Shown here: positions 1 to 8,867 of the stretch, piece after piece
Position numbering within the stretch: position 1 is the first letter of the stretch
Layout: each line of letters opens with the position of its first letter
IMG/VR virus record: IMGVR_UViG_3300022188_000007
Span: 64,001 to 128,000 of that record
Origin: a virus
DNA length: 64,000 nucleotides
Strand: one strand, 5' to 3'
Position numbers and translations under genes: made by a program
The notes under the pieces: model-generated
Databases searched by the model: none
The model's input: the letters and a program-made list of their open reading frames with translations, nothing else
What the model was told of the DNA's origin: nothing

Positions 1-882
1 TCTTCTGATGGTTCAGCTACTAGTTATAATTGGACAGTGTCCTCAGGTATATCTGAGACGGGCCCATGGGATGTAGTTTGGGAAAGCCCAACAGATATAG
101 ATCAACAGCAAAAGACCTTATGTTTTTCTGCTACTGGTTGGTATAAAGTTACAGGGTATGTTAATGGTACAGGTGCTACCACTAGTGATTATGAGACTTT
201 ATTAATTACAGAAACCTGCCCGGACTCTGCGGCTATTTACAATATATGGAATGGTACGGGTATACTAGATATAGAAGTAGATTGGCAGAGAACAGGAGCA
301 GGGGTTGAGACAACTGCTTCTAAGTACAGAGGTACAAATGGATTAGATGTAATATACGACAAGGCAGACAGTGTAGTAGAATTTACTAGAACTACAGACT
401 CTGATATTAATGATTATGACTTCTTATCTTTTTGGATTAATATTAGAGAATGGGATAGTAAGAAAGATGTTTATATTAAATTATTTTCTTCTAACTACAC
501 TTATGGTACTACGTTAGGTTTAAGTAATTATATCAATACATCTAATATAAATACTTGGACAAGGGTGATGATACCTTTATCCAGATTCAATTTAAAGGCT
601 CAATTTGCTGAGTTAGGCTGGCCTACATTAATTAATAGTTTAACTTTTGAAACAAAAGGCAACATTGACTATTGGTTAGATAATGTGGCGTTAAGCATGG
701 GTTCTTTGGTTACAGTACCTGTGTGTCCACCAGACATGGAAATTGCGGACATAGGTGATTTGACTATGACAGCGCAGAATATAGGGACAGTACCAATGGT
801 GGCTACTGAGCCTCCAGGAATAGAACCAATAACACCAGATGTTTCGGTTATTAGTCCTTTTCCGAAACCAATAAATATATAA
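1..882 (+). CDS. 5'-truncated virion surface protein with a PKD/Ig-like segment and a galactose-binding-like (CBM-type) domain
   Basis: Frame 1 is open from base 1 (SSDGSATSYNWTV...), so the GTG at 37 is probably internal. Pattern 'DYDFLSFWINI...WTRVMIPLSRF...YWLDNVAL' resembles jelly-roll CBM domains. Confidence 0.55.
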   Translation, partial: SSDGSATSYNWTVSSGISETGPWDVVWESPTDIDQQQKTLCFSATGWYKVTGYVNGTGATTSDYETLLITETCPDSAAIYNIWNGTGILDIEVDWQRTGAGVETTASKYRGTNGLDVIYDKADSVVEFTRTTDSDINDYDFLSFWINIREWDSKKDVYIKLFSSNYTYGTTLGLSNYINTSNINTWTRVMIPLSRFNLKAQFAELGWPTLINSLTFETKGNIDYWLDNVALSMGSLVTVPVCPPDMEIADIGDLTMTAQNIGTVPMVATEPPGIEPITPDVSVISPFPKPINI

Positions 883-898
883 TACGAAGGAGAGCATT

Positions 899-1903
899 AT
901 GATAGGTTTATCATTTACAATTGACAATATATCGACAGTACTTACCGCGTATAATCATATACAAATCGCTAAGTACACAGGAACAGAGTCTGATCAACCA
1001 CCAGGTCCTACAGATGACGTAGATAATTGGGTTACTATGTCAGGATCGGCTGAGTTTCCAATACCAATAGCTCTATCAGCTAACCAGTCTTTCTATCAAG
1101 CATATGACAATGACGGAGAGTATAATGATTGGTATAGCTCTAGGTATATCTGGATGACTACGGAGAGCGGAGTCAGTACTATAGACACTGCTAACGGCTG
1201 GTCCTCACCCATTCTGGGGGAGACTGGTGATCTTTACTATGACCCAGAGTTTCCAAAAGAAGTCAATTATGGTACAGCTGATCAACGTATTATAGATAGA
1301 ATAAGGATATATACCGGCGATCCTCTTTCTCTCAGAAGAGAGTATGGTGAAGAAGCTATGGCATCTATCCACCCTGATGGTAAAACCTATGAGCTTTCAG
1401 AGTCTGGTTGGCCAGTTTTTATAACTATGGGCGGTAAGGCTTTCAATGATACTTTAAACCCGTCAGTAAATGGTTATAGATATTTGAAGTTTCAAGAGTA
1501 TATAGATGAAATGTGCTCCACCTGTTCAGGTATCACAAGTGTTTGTGGAGAAGAAATAATAAAAGAAACCGTTCATGGAGTTGATATTTGGTATTATTCT
1601 TTCCGAGAGTCAGATCGTCAAATAATGAATGCATATGAAACATGCCCTGTGCCCTCACAATTAACTGAAACTACTGCAACTCCATCAGTTTATATGATAC
1701 AAACAGCTATAGATTTATTACGTAAAGAACTGATTGAAGATTCGACGGAATCAGGGGCAAAAATTCGTGATGAGGGTTCTTCATATGACCCCTCGGAAGG
1801 ATTAAAAATCAGAAAAGCTTTACTAGATGATTTAAAGAAGCGGTTAGATGAAATGATAAAAACTCTAATGATGCAATCTATTTCTGGGGTACTTATTGAT
1901 TAG
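899..1903 (+). CDS. Putative head-tail adaptor / neck protein
   Basis: AGGAG RBS; first gene of the neck cluster; helical C-terminal 'IIDRIRIYTGDP...AIDLLRKE' resembles adaptor proteins. Called mainly on synteny. Confidence 0.45.
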   Translation: MIGLSFTIDNISTVLTAYNHIQIAKYTGTESDQPPGPTDDVDNWVTMSGSAEFPIPIALSANQSFYQAYDNDGEYNDWYSSRYIWMTTESGVSTIDTANGWSSPILGETGDLYYDPEFPKEVNYGTADQRIIDRIRIYTGDPLSLRREYGEEAMASIHPDGKTYELSESGWPVFITMGGKAFNDTLNPSVNGYRYLKFQEYIDEMCSTCSGITSVCGEEIIKETVHGVDIWYYSFRESDRQIMNAYETCPVPSQLTETTATPSVYMIQTAIDLLRKELIEDSTESGAKIRDEGSSYDPSEGLKIRKALLDDLKKRLDEMIKTLMMQSISGVLID

Positions 1904-1912
1904 GAGTACGAC

Positions 1913-2785
1913 ATGAGTAAAAAATTAACAATTGACTATGTAAGAGGGCAGTTTAAGAAAGATAATTATACACTACTCAGTAGAGAGTATGTTAACGCCC
2001 ACACTAAATTAGATTTTGTATGCCCTAAAGGACATACAGGTGGTATTAGGTGGAATGATTGGAGTCAGGGTACCAGATGCCCTTATTGTGTTGGATTAGG
2101 TAAACCTACTATAGAAGAGGTTCAAAATTCTTTTGAGAAGGTAGGTTTTATACTTTTAAGTAATGAATACGTAAATAGTAAAATAAACTTAAAATATAAA
2201 TGTCCAGAAGGACATATTAATTCATTAAGGTGGGCAGATTGGCAACGAGGAGCAAGATGTAAAGTATGTACTAGAAATATTATAACAACACAGCAACGAA
2301 TAGATAAAAGTATTATAATAAAAAGTTTTGAAGATAGTGGTTGGAAGTTATTAAACTTTGAATATATATCCGCCCATAAACAATTTAAATGTGTTTGTCC
2401 TAATGGGCATGAGCAGACTAAAACTTGGAATAAATGGAGTAGAGGACGAAGGTGTAAGATATGTTCTGATATAAGTAATTCTGGAGGGAATTGTCATCTT
2501 TGGAAAGGCGGTATTTCTTTTGAGCCATACTGTGAAGCTTGGAAGGATAAGGAATATAAACAAGATATACGAGATCGTGATGGCAATAGGTGCTTAAATC
2601 CAGATTGTTGGAAAAAAGATGGTATGTTATCAATACATCATATTGATTACGATAAGAAGAATTGTAAACCTAGTAATTTGATAACAGTATGTCGTTCTTG
2701 TAACTCTAGAGCAAACACTGATAGACAATGGCATAAAGCCTGGTATAAAGCAATAATTAAAAATAGATATCAAAGAGAGGTTTAG
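1913..2785 (+). CDS. Free-standing HNH homing endonuclease with three N-terminal zinc-ribbon repeats
   Basis: Three repeats of CPxGH...W..W..G.RCxxC, then 'IRDRDGNRCLNPDC...SIHHIDYDKKNCKPSNLITVCRSCNS' (HNH core). Confidence 0.9.
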   Translation: MSKKLTIDYVRGQFKKDNYTLLSREYVNAHTKLDFVCPKGHTGGIRWNDWSQGTRCPYCVGLGKPTIEEVQNSFEKVGFILLSNEYVNSKINLKYKCPEGHINSLRWADWQRGARCKVCTRNIITTQQRIDKSIIIKSFEDSGWKLLNFEYISAHKQFKCVCPNGHEQTKTWNKWSRGRRCKICSDISNSGGNCHLWKGGISFEPYCEAWKDKEYKQDIRDRDGNRCLNPDCWKKDGMLSIHHIDYDKKNCKPSNLITVCRSCNSRANTDRQWHKAWYKAIIKNRYQREV

Positions 2786-2786
2786 T

Positions 2787-3377
2787 ATGGGATATAGCGG
2801 AATAAGTTCTAATACAAAACGTAGGTACAGAAAAGCCATGAAGAAGGTCATCAAAACTTTAAGCCGAAAGATTGTTGTTTATAAACAACCTTTAAAGGCG
2901 GAATGTCCTAATTGCTATTATGATAAGTTAACTGATAGTTCCACAGGCAAATGTAAATGGACTGCGTTGGAGGCTAGAAATAAACAGATAGAGATAGGAT
3001 TAGACAAGGAGCTTCGTTACAAATTCTTCAAGGTGGGTAGGTGCCCAATATGTAAAGGTAAGGGTTACTTAGAAACTCCTAGAAAGGTCTGGATTGATTG
3101 TTTGATTATTTGGAATCCTAATAACCGTAACAGTGTGTCATATACTCCTGCTGGAACTGAAGGATCTACCATAGTTGAATTAAAATCAGATACAAGACAC
3201 TTTGAGTTATTTAAAAACTGTGATAAGTTAACTATTGATGGTATTACTTGTAGATTATCTAAGCCCCCTATATTGAGAGGGTTAGGTAATCAAACTGTTT
3301 TAATAATAACAGCTTTCACTACTGATAAGGCTAGTATTGATAGTAATGAAATACTAAAGAATTATTCAGGAGACTAA
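2787..3377 (+). CDS. Putative head-closure (stopper) protein with Zn-finger insertion
   Basis: CPNC and CPICKGKG pairs; beta-rich C-terminus 'DKLTIDGITCRLSKPPILRGLG'; position in neck cluster. Confidence 0.5.
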   Translation: MGYSGISSNTKRRYRKAMKKVIKTLSRKIVVYKQPLKAECPNCYYDKLTDSSTGKCKWTALEARNKQIEIGLDKELRYKFFKVGRCPICKGKGYLETPRKVWIDCLIIWNPNNRNSVSYTPAGTEGSTIVELKSDTRHFELFKNCDKLTIDGITCRLSKPPILRGLGNQTVLIITAFTTDKASIDSNEILKNYSGD

Positions 3378-3994
3378 TGAATAGAATATTTAGAGAATCT
3401 CGTAAACATATAACTACTAGATTAGAACAATCACTAGAAGTTCAGGTTGAAGTCATCAAAGAAATTATTATGGATGCCTATGATAGTTTGTCTGTCAAAG
3501 TAAGCGATCCAAAAAGTAAGACCAATCCTGAGATGTTTAGGGACCGATTCAAAGAGAGATTAGAGATTTTTGAATATTTATATAAGAGTGGAGAAGTTAC
3601 AGAATTAATTTTACCTGCATTAGATAATTTTAATTTTACAGGTATACCTATAGTGGAACAGATACTAGAGGGGACGGTTGGTACTTTTGTAGAAATTTCT
3701 CATGAAGATCTTACTAAACTTACAGGTAAATCTACCATTAATAATGAACCTATAGATCCTACAGTTACTAAACAAAAGAGGGTCTACCTAGTAAAATATG
3801 ATGATAAAATAAGACGGGGTGAAAAAAATATTTTAAAGAAAAAATTAATAAAGTTTTCTTTCTCCAACACACCTGCTTTAGATGCTACTGTCTTTGGGCC
3901 GGCAGAAGAGTATGTGGATAGTAATATAGAAAAGTGGATAGAAGGTACATTGAAGATAAGTATAAAAGAAATCTCACAAAAGTATGGGGTATAA
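3377..3994 (+). CDS. Hypothetical neck/tail-completion region protein
   Basis: 205-aa ORF coupled to the previous gene by a TAATG overlap; lies between the head-closure and terminator genes. Confidence 0.4.
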   Translation: MNRIFRESRKHITTRLEQSLEVQVEVIKEIIMDAYDSLSVKVSDPKSKTNPEMFRDRFKERLEIFEYLYKSGEVTELILPALDNFNFTGIPIVEQILEGTVGTFVEISHEDLTKLTGKSTINNEPIDPTVTKQKRVYLVKYDDKIRRGEKNILKKKLIKFSFSNTPALDATVFGPAEEYVDSNIEKWIEGTLKISIKEISQKYGV

Positions 3995-3995
3995 T

Positions 3996-4967
3996 ATGAA
4001 AAATTTAAGAAAAGAAGATTTAAGTTTGTATCGTTATATAAAGGATACAGTTCTAAGAGACTTTATAGAAAAAGAAGAAATGGTGCCTTTAGAGTTACTA
4101 ACCGAATTATCATGTAATGGGAGTTATGTTTATCAAGCGCAATCTCCACTGGAACCTTCCCCAATTGATAGGGGTAGAGGGTGGGTGTTCTTTGATTGCC
4201 CAGCGTACGATGATAATGGTGATTGTATATATTCTACTGATAATTGTATCTCTGAATTTGTAACAGTTACAGGTACTGACTATGGTAATACTATATCAGG
4301 TACTGAATACCCAGGCAATCCTTGTACAGGTACCCCTGAGCAATCTAATAGGGTGGTACTGTATGATGAGAATCTAGTTGTTATATCCGGCACACCTTAT
4401 TTAGTAGATTACACAGATGGTAGAATTATAATGGAAACCAATACAGTAGTACCTAAGTACATAGACTACTATTGGAATTATATAAGTGTTGTAGATGAGT
4501 GGGCTTCTATTGAAGCTTCAGAACCACCGGTTGTAGTAATAGACACTAGTGGTACTGATAAGGAAGGTTATCAATTAGGTGGCGGAAAAAAAGTTAAAAG
4601 GAAAGCAGAAATACATGTTTTTGCTGGAAATACTTCTGAACGTAACGATATTATAGAGACCATTCATGATGGCCTATATAATAAGTCAGCACCGGTTTAT
4701 AATTTTGCTACTGGGGATGTGTTAGACTATGACGGAACTTTTTATGGTCGAAAATATACCTCCAATAAACTAACCTCCTTATTTAATAGAACGTCTTTAA
4801 ATGATTTAGGTCAGCTTCATGGAGGAATGACTTTTAATAAAGTCTCGTCCAGGCATGTTAATTTACCGTTATTAATGTCTAGGGATCGTGGAGAAGTAAT
4901 GTTAAGTGATCTAAATGCTTACAGATCTAGAATAAGTTTTGAAATAGAAACTTATACAAGAAAATAA
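3996..4967 (+). CDS. Putative tail terminator / tail completion protein
   Basis: 'PPVVVIDTSGTDKEGYQLGGG...AEIHVFAGNTSERNDIIETI...YRSRISFEIET' fits the terminator-fold pattern; directly upstream of the tube gene. Start is likely the ATG at 3996 just after the upstream TAA (alternative 3984). Confidence 0.6.
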   Translation: MKNLRKEDLSLYRYIKDTVLRDFIEKEEMVPLELLTELSCNGSYVYQAQSPLEPSPIDRGRGWVFFDCPAYDDNGDCIYSTDNCISEFVTVTGTDYGNTISGTEYPGNPCTGTPEQSNRVVLYDENLVVISGTPYLVDYTDGRIIMETNTVVPKYIDYYWNYISVVDEWASIEASEPPVVVIDTSGTDKEGYQLGGGKKVKRKAEIHVFAGNTSERNDIIETIHDGLYNKSAPVYNFATGDVLDYDGTFYGRKYTSNKLTSLFNRTSLNDLGQLHGGMTFNKVSSRHVNLPLLMSRDRGEVMLSDLNAYRSRISFEIETYTRK

Positions 4968-5075
4968 GGACAGGCTCGTTGCTGGTGAGATAGCCTCATT
5001 AATCCAGTGATGAGAGGACGTTTTAACTACCAACCTGAGTGCTATTTAAAAAAATAACAGGAGGAAAGAATAAAT

Positions 5076-6674
5076 ATGGCACGTAATAGAATAATTTATG
5101 CTTCACAATCCGTATGGGTTGATGGTGAAGTACTTTATAGAGTACAGTCTCTAGGTACAACTACATCTTTCACATCTGAGGATATCTTTGAGCTTGGTCA
5201 CCTTGATATTATCGATGTTGTTGATGATGTACCTGCAGTAACTGTAACTTTGAACACCAATGATTTTGGTGACGTAAAAACATTCGCTAAACTAGCACAA
5301 GTGGCTCCAGCAAAAATTGCTATGGACGCTACTGCTGATATAACTAATGCTAATCTTATTGCAAATGGAACTTATATGCATGGGGTGGCGCTAGCTGATT
5401 TCGCAGTAACTTGTGGTAATCTTACCGGTGTTACTTTATGGGCGCCAGTTCAGGACGAGTGTTCTATTGGTACTTTGGCTAATAACATTGATCAAACTTT
5501 GTTTCTCGATGAAGTGTATATCAATAGTCTGGAATACAGCTATACAACTGGAGCTAACGCTACAGAGAATTATGGCGCGGAAACAGACAATAAAATGTGG
5601 TTACTGAATGATGGTAGGTTTGTCAATTTTGAATCAACAATTTCAGGTTCTATGGCAGATACTGATGTTACTAATGCACTTAATGCTACCCATATAGGTA
5701 ATGGTTACGTCGAACTTAGTTTAGGGGCAGGTGTAATTGCTGACCTTTCAACAGGTTTAGGTTTTTTGAGAAAAGATAACAATGGAGTTTCAGCCGTCAC
5801 TCATTATAATATGGTAGCTGGAACCGCTGAAAATGTAGCAGTTGTAGCAGGAGTAGCAGCAGCTGTTGATACTTATGTTTATAATTCTACAGGACATCTA
5901 ATTTATTTCCCAACAGGGCCTAATGCTCCAGTGCTTGGGGATGTTCTTGCAGTTGTTTACTCAGCTGATGCCTATTCAGCAGCGATGAATAATTACTTTG
6001 TACCTCTAACAGAGGAAACTACTAGACCTGATGCCGTAGGCGCATTAAGACAGGGCCAAGTAGAAGTATACATTGTTGATCCAGACTCTAGTGCAGTTGA
6101 TTATGATAATGCTTGGAGATTAACTGGTGCTACTATCTCTACTGACCTTACTCGTGAACCCCTTGCGGAGCTCGGGCACTTGGGTCCTTATGATAGACCA
6201 CTTACTCTACCTATTCCAATTACTATGAGTATTGATACTACTGCTGGTGACTTGGAAAACTGGGCCAAGTTTGCAGGAAAACTGGTCGACTATGATGCAA
6301 CGACTATCCAATCTATAGATCTTACAGATCTTATGACTAAAGATAATCTGACTCTAGTTGTTAAAGTTTTTGAACAAACTGATGAAGAAGCTGGTGGGGC
6401 TACTGGTGCAGGACGTAAAGTTCTTACAGGCAGTGATATGATTGGCGACGAATATTTTCTTGACGGTACAATGACAACGTATAGCGCACTCGATCAAGAG
6501 TATGCACTTAAAACTATAGTTGTTAAAAACCTTAAGATCACCGATGAGGGTATGACCCTTGACGTTGGTTCTAATGCAACACAGACATTTGGTTTCAAAT
6601 CCAGTAATGACCTGTACGTAGTTAAAGGTGATATATCTTACGCTAACGTTAATGCTATCATGCGTAATGCTTAA
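5076..6674 (+). CDS. Major tail tube protein with two tandem tube-fold domains
   Basis: Strong GGAGG RBS, downstream hairpin, canonical position before the chaperones and TMP; internal duplication (EDIFELGH...GANATENY vs EPLAELGH...GSNATQTF). Confidence 0.7.
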   Translation: MARNRIIYASQSVWVDGEVLYRVQSLGTTTSFTSEDIFELGHLDIIDVVDDVPAVTVTLNTNDFGDVKTFAKLAQVAPAKIAMDATADITNANLIANGTYMHGVALADFAVTCGNLTGVTLWAPVQDECSIGTLANNIDQTLFLDEVYINSLEYSYTTGANATENYGAETDNKMWLLNDGRFVNFESTISGSMADTDVTNALNATHIGNGYVELSLGAGVIADLSTGLGFLRKDNNGVSAVTHYNMVAGTAENVAVVAGVAAAVDTYVYNSTGHLIYFPTGPNAPVLGDVLAVVYSADAYSAAMNNYFVPLTEETTRPDAVGALRQGQVEVYIVDPDSSAVDYDNAWRLTGATISTDLTREPLAELGHLGPYDRPLTLPIPITMSIDTTAGDLENWAKFAGKLVDYDATTIQSIDLTDLMTKDNLTLVVKVFEQTDEEAGGATGAGRKVLTGSDMIGDEYFLDGTMTTYSALDQEYALKTIVVKNLKITDEGMTLDVGSNATQTFGFKSSNDLYVVKGDISYANVNAIMRNA

Positions 6675-6691
6675 TTAGAAAGACAATATAT

Positions 6692-6727
6692 TAAGAAGGG
6701 AGGGGGATTTCCCCCCTCCTATTCTTA
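6692..6727 (+). terminator. GC-rich hairpin after the tail tube gene (terminator or mRNA stabiliser)
   Basis: TAAGAA-G-GGAGGGGG-attt-c-CCCCCTCC-ta-TTCTTA inverted repeat; U-tract is weak, so probably leaky. Confidence 0.6.
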
Positions 6728-6760
6728 GGACAAGAATATGACTAAAGGAAGGTAAAGGCT

Positions 6761-7015
6761 ATGGGAGAAAGATTTCAGGACAACAGCCGGAAAAAGCTGG
6801 TTCAAGCTATGCGTAAGGAAGTCACTAAAATGATGGAAAAGACATTAGATTTTGCTGACGTAGCTTGTCCTAAAGATAATTTTAAACAACTAAGATCTAA
6901 AATATTACGTGTGGGAAATGACTGCATGCGTAATCTTACTAAGGAGTTCGATGGGTACGTAATTGAATACGATAAACTTGGTGAAGAGATCATCGAATTT
7001 AGAAATAAAGGATAA
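6761..7015 (+). CDS. Hypothetical protein (84 aa)
   Basis: Purine-rich RBS, co-oriented, fills the gap between tube and chaperone genes. Confidence 0.6.
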   Translation: MGERFQDNSRKKLVQAMRKEVTKMMEKTLDFADVACPKDNFKQLRSKILRVGNDCMRNLTKEFDGYVIEYDKLGEEIIEFRNKG

Positions 7016-7027
7016 GGAGAAACTAAG

Positions 7028-7780
7028 ATGGTAGAAGAAATTTTTGAAGACAGAAGAAGTTTTACAGGCTCTGATGAAGAGACAGAGTACTTTATTGGAA
7101 CCCCCAGCGCAGAAGATATTCGTGGGGCTGACTGGCAATACAGCAAAGTGTACACTAAATGTTTAACTGAAGGCATCCCCACAAGTGCAGAACTTATGGA
7201 TATTTTGCGGAGACGTGGGGTAATAGGGGACGACTTTGATAGACGTGCACAAGAATTATCAATCACTCTAAACGAACTCATAACTAGATTAAATGGCACA
7301 GAGGTATACAACGACAAAGCTGCTCTAGCGGTAGAAGTTTCTCAAGCCAGAGAAGCTTTATTTCAGTGGAATCAACGTCTTAGTGGTCCTATGAGTAATA
7401 CTTGTGAGCAAATGGCTGATGACGCAAGACTTGAATACCTCACTGCTTGTATTCTACAAAATAAAGATGCTACTAAAGTTTGGGAAGACTATGATAAATT
7501 TTTGGCTTCCACAGATCAAAGTCTAACACTGAAGTCTAGATATGAGGTTATGTTATTCCTACAGGGGTATGAATCTAATTTTCTAGAGAATACACCTGAG
7601 GCTAGAGCTATGAAAGAAGTGGAGACTAGTATTCTACAGGAAGCCGCTGCAGCAGTAGAAGCGGAAGCAGCTGAAAAAATTGCAGAAGAAGCAGCGCTTA
7701 AAAAGAAAGAGAAACCAAAAACTAAGCCAAAAGCTAAAGCAAAAGCTAAAGCCAAAACTAAGCCGGCTGAAAAAAAATAA
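7028..7780 (+). CDS. Putative tail assembly chaperone with Lys/Ala-rich C-terminal tail
   Basis: AAGGAG RBS; sits between tube and TMP; helical; ends in KPKTKPKAKAKAKAKTKPAEKK. Confidence 0.5.
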   Translation: MVEEIFEDRRSFTGSDEETEYFIGTPSAEDIRGADWQYSKVYTKCLTEGIPTSAELMDILRRRGVIGDDFDRRAQELSITLNELITRLNGTEVYNDKAALAVEVSQAREALFQWNQRLSGPMSNTCEQMADDARLEYLTACILQNKDATKVWEDYDKFLASTDQSLTLKSRYEVMLFLQGYESNFLENTPEARAMKEVETSILQEAAAAVEAEAAEKIAEEAALKKKEKPKTKPKAKAKAKAKTKPAEKK

Positions 7781-7794
7781 GGAACTAATAAAGA

Positions 7795-8802
7795 ATGCTG
7801 CTAGAGGATGAGGAAGTTGAAAGACTTATTACAAGAATTTCTACAGGAGTAAGCATTAGTATAATTGGAGATAAACCAATTGTATTTAAATTCCCTAGCA
7901 ATATGGTTAAATTAGAAGCTGATGTTCTTTATGATAAAGAATACCAAGACGCTATTGATAATGGCCTATTAAATAGATCCTCATTAGAAGAATTAATTGA
8001 AAAAAGAAATTTATTCACTAGAGAGGATCAAAAGAAATTGGATGGCTTGAAAACAAAGCTAGAAGGGCAAAGAATTTTACTTGCCAAAACTACAGTTGTA
8101 AAAGCCAATCAATCTAGAATTAAGGGAGTTATGGCAAAATTAAAATCTGAGATTTATGAGCTTACTACCCAGAAGACTTCCAAGCTTATGATGTCTGCAG
8201 AAGTAAAAGCTAACGAAGAGAAGTCATTATTCCTATGTTGGAGATGTACTTTTAGAGCTGATAAATTATTATGGAAAACTTTTAAAGATTTTAAACACAC
8301 TACTGATTTAAAATTTAGAGATAAAGTTTTAACTCCATTCCTTATATTTTATTCTGGTTTATCAGCGGATGAGATTAGATTTATTGCTCGTCATAATCTT
8401 TGGCGAATTAGGTATGTTAATAGTCAAAAATTATCTGAAGCTTTATTTGGAGTTCCTTCTACAGAATATACAACTGATATGTTAAGTTTAGCATATTGGT
8501 CAAACTATTATGATAATATATACCAAATGATGTCGGAAGATAGACCTAGTGATTTAATTATAGAAGATGATGAAGCACTTGATGCTTTCATGAAAGCTTT
8601 TTACGAGGAAAGGACCCGCGAGGACGCCGCAAGGCGAAGTAAAAGTAGGTCACCAGGTAAACTATCAGCATTTGATTCCGAAGAAGTTATAGTAACAGCT
8701 TCTAATGAATTGTACCAAGATATAGAATATGATACTCCAAGAGAAGCCCAAAAACTTAAAGAGAGAAATGAAATTAAAAAAAGGACAAAGAGGACTGGCT
8801 AG
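7795..8802 (+). CDS. Putative second tail assembly chaperone (pre-TMP protein)
   Basis: Immediately upstream of the TMP; coiled-coil N-half similar in layout to the preceding gene; 'WSNYYDNIYQ...RPSDLIIEDDEALDAF' C-terminal block. Confidence 0.45.
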   Translation: MLLEDEEVERLITRISTGVSISIIGDKPIVFKFPSNMVKLEADVLYDKEYQDAIDNGLLNRSSLEELIEKRNLFTREDQKKLDGLKTKLEGQRILLAKTTVVKANQSRIKGVMAKLKSEIYELTTQKTSKLMMSAEVKANEEKSLFLCWRCTFRADKLLWKTFKDFKHTTDLKFRDKVLTPFLIFYSGLSADEIRFIARHNLWRIRYVNSQKLSEALFGVPSTEYTTDMLSLAYWSNYYDNIYQMMSEDRPSDLIIEDDEALDAFMKAFYEERTREDAARRSKSRSPGKLSAFDSEEVIVTASNELYQDIEYDTPREAQKLKERNEIKKRTKRTG

Positions 8803-8867
8803 GTAATTAAGTAACTACTAAAGGTTTAAAGGGATTTTTTTCTCAAAAATTTAGGGGGGCTATTAAC

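Noticed and set aside
4995-5030. Hammerhead ribozyme near GTGATGAG
   Set aside because: It lacks the exact CUGAUGA core and a correctly placed GAAA with supporting stems.
5076-6674. Tail sheath or major capsid identity for the 532-aa protein
   Set aside because: No sheath signatures (e.g. N-terminal PGVY) were seen; the duplicated tube-like motifs and position before chaperones and TMP favour a tail tube.
7769-7797. Lambda G/GT-type -1 frameshift at the A8 run ending the first chaperone gene
   Set aside because: The next ORF is in the -1 frame, but that frame reads AAA ATA AGG AAC TAA and stops at 7786-7788, before the ATG at 7795, so no fusion is possible from this site.
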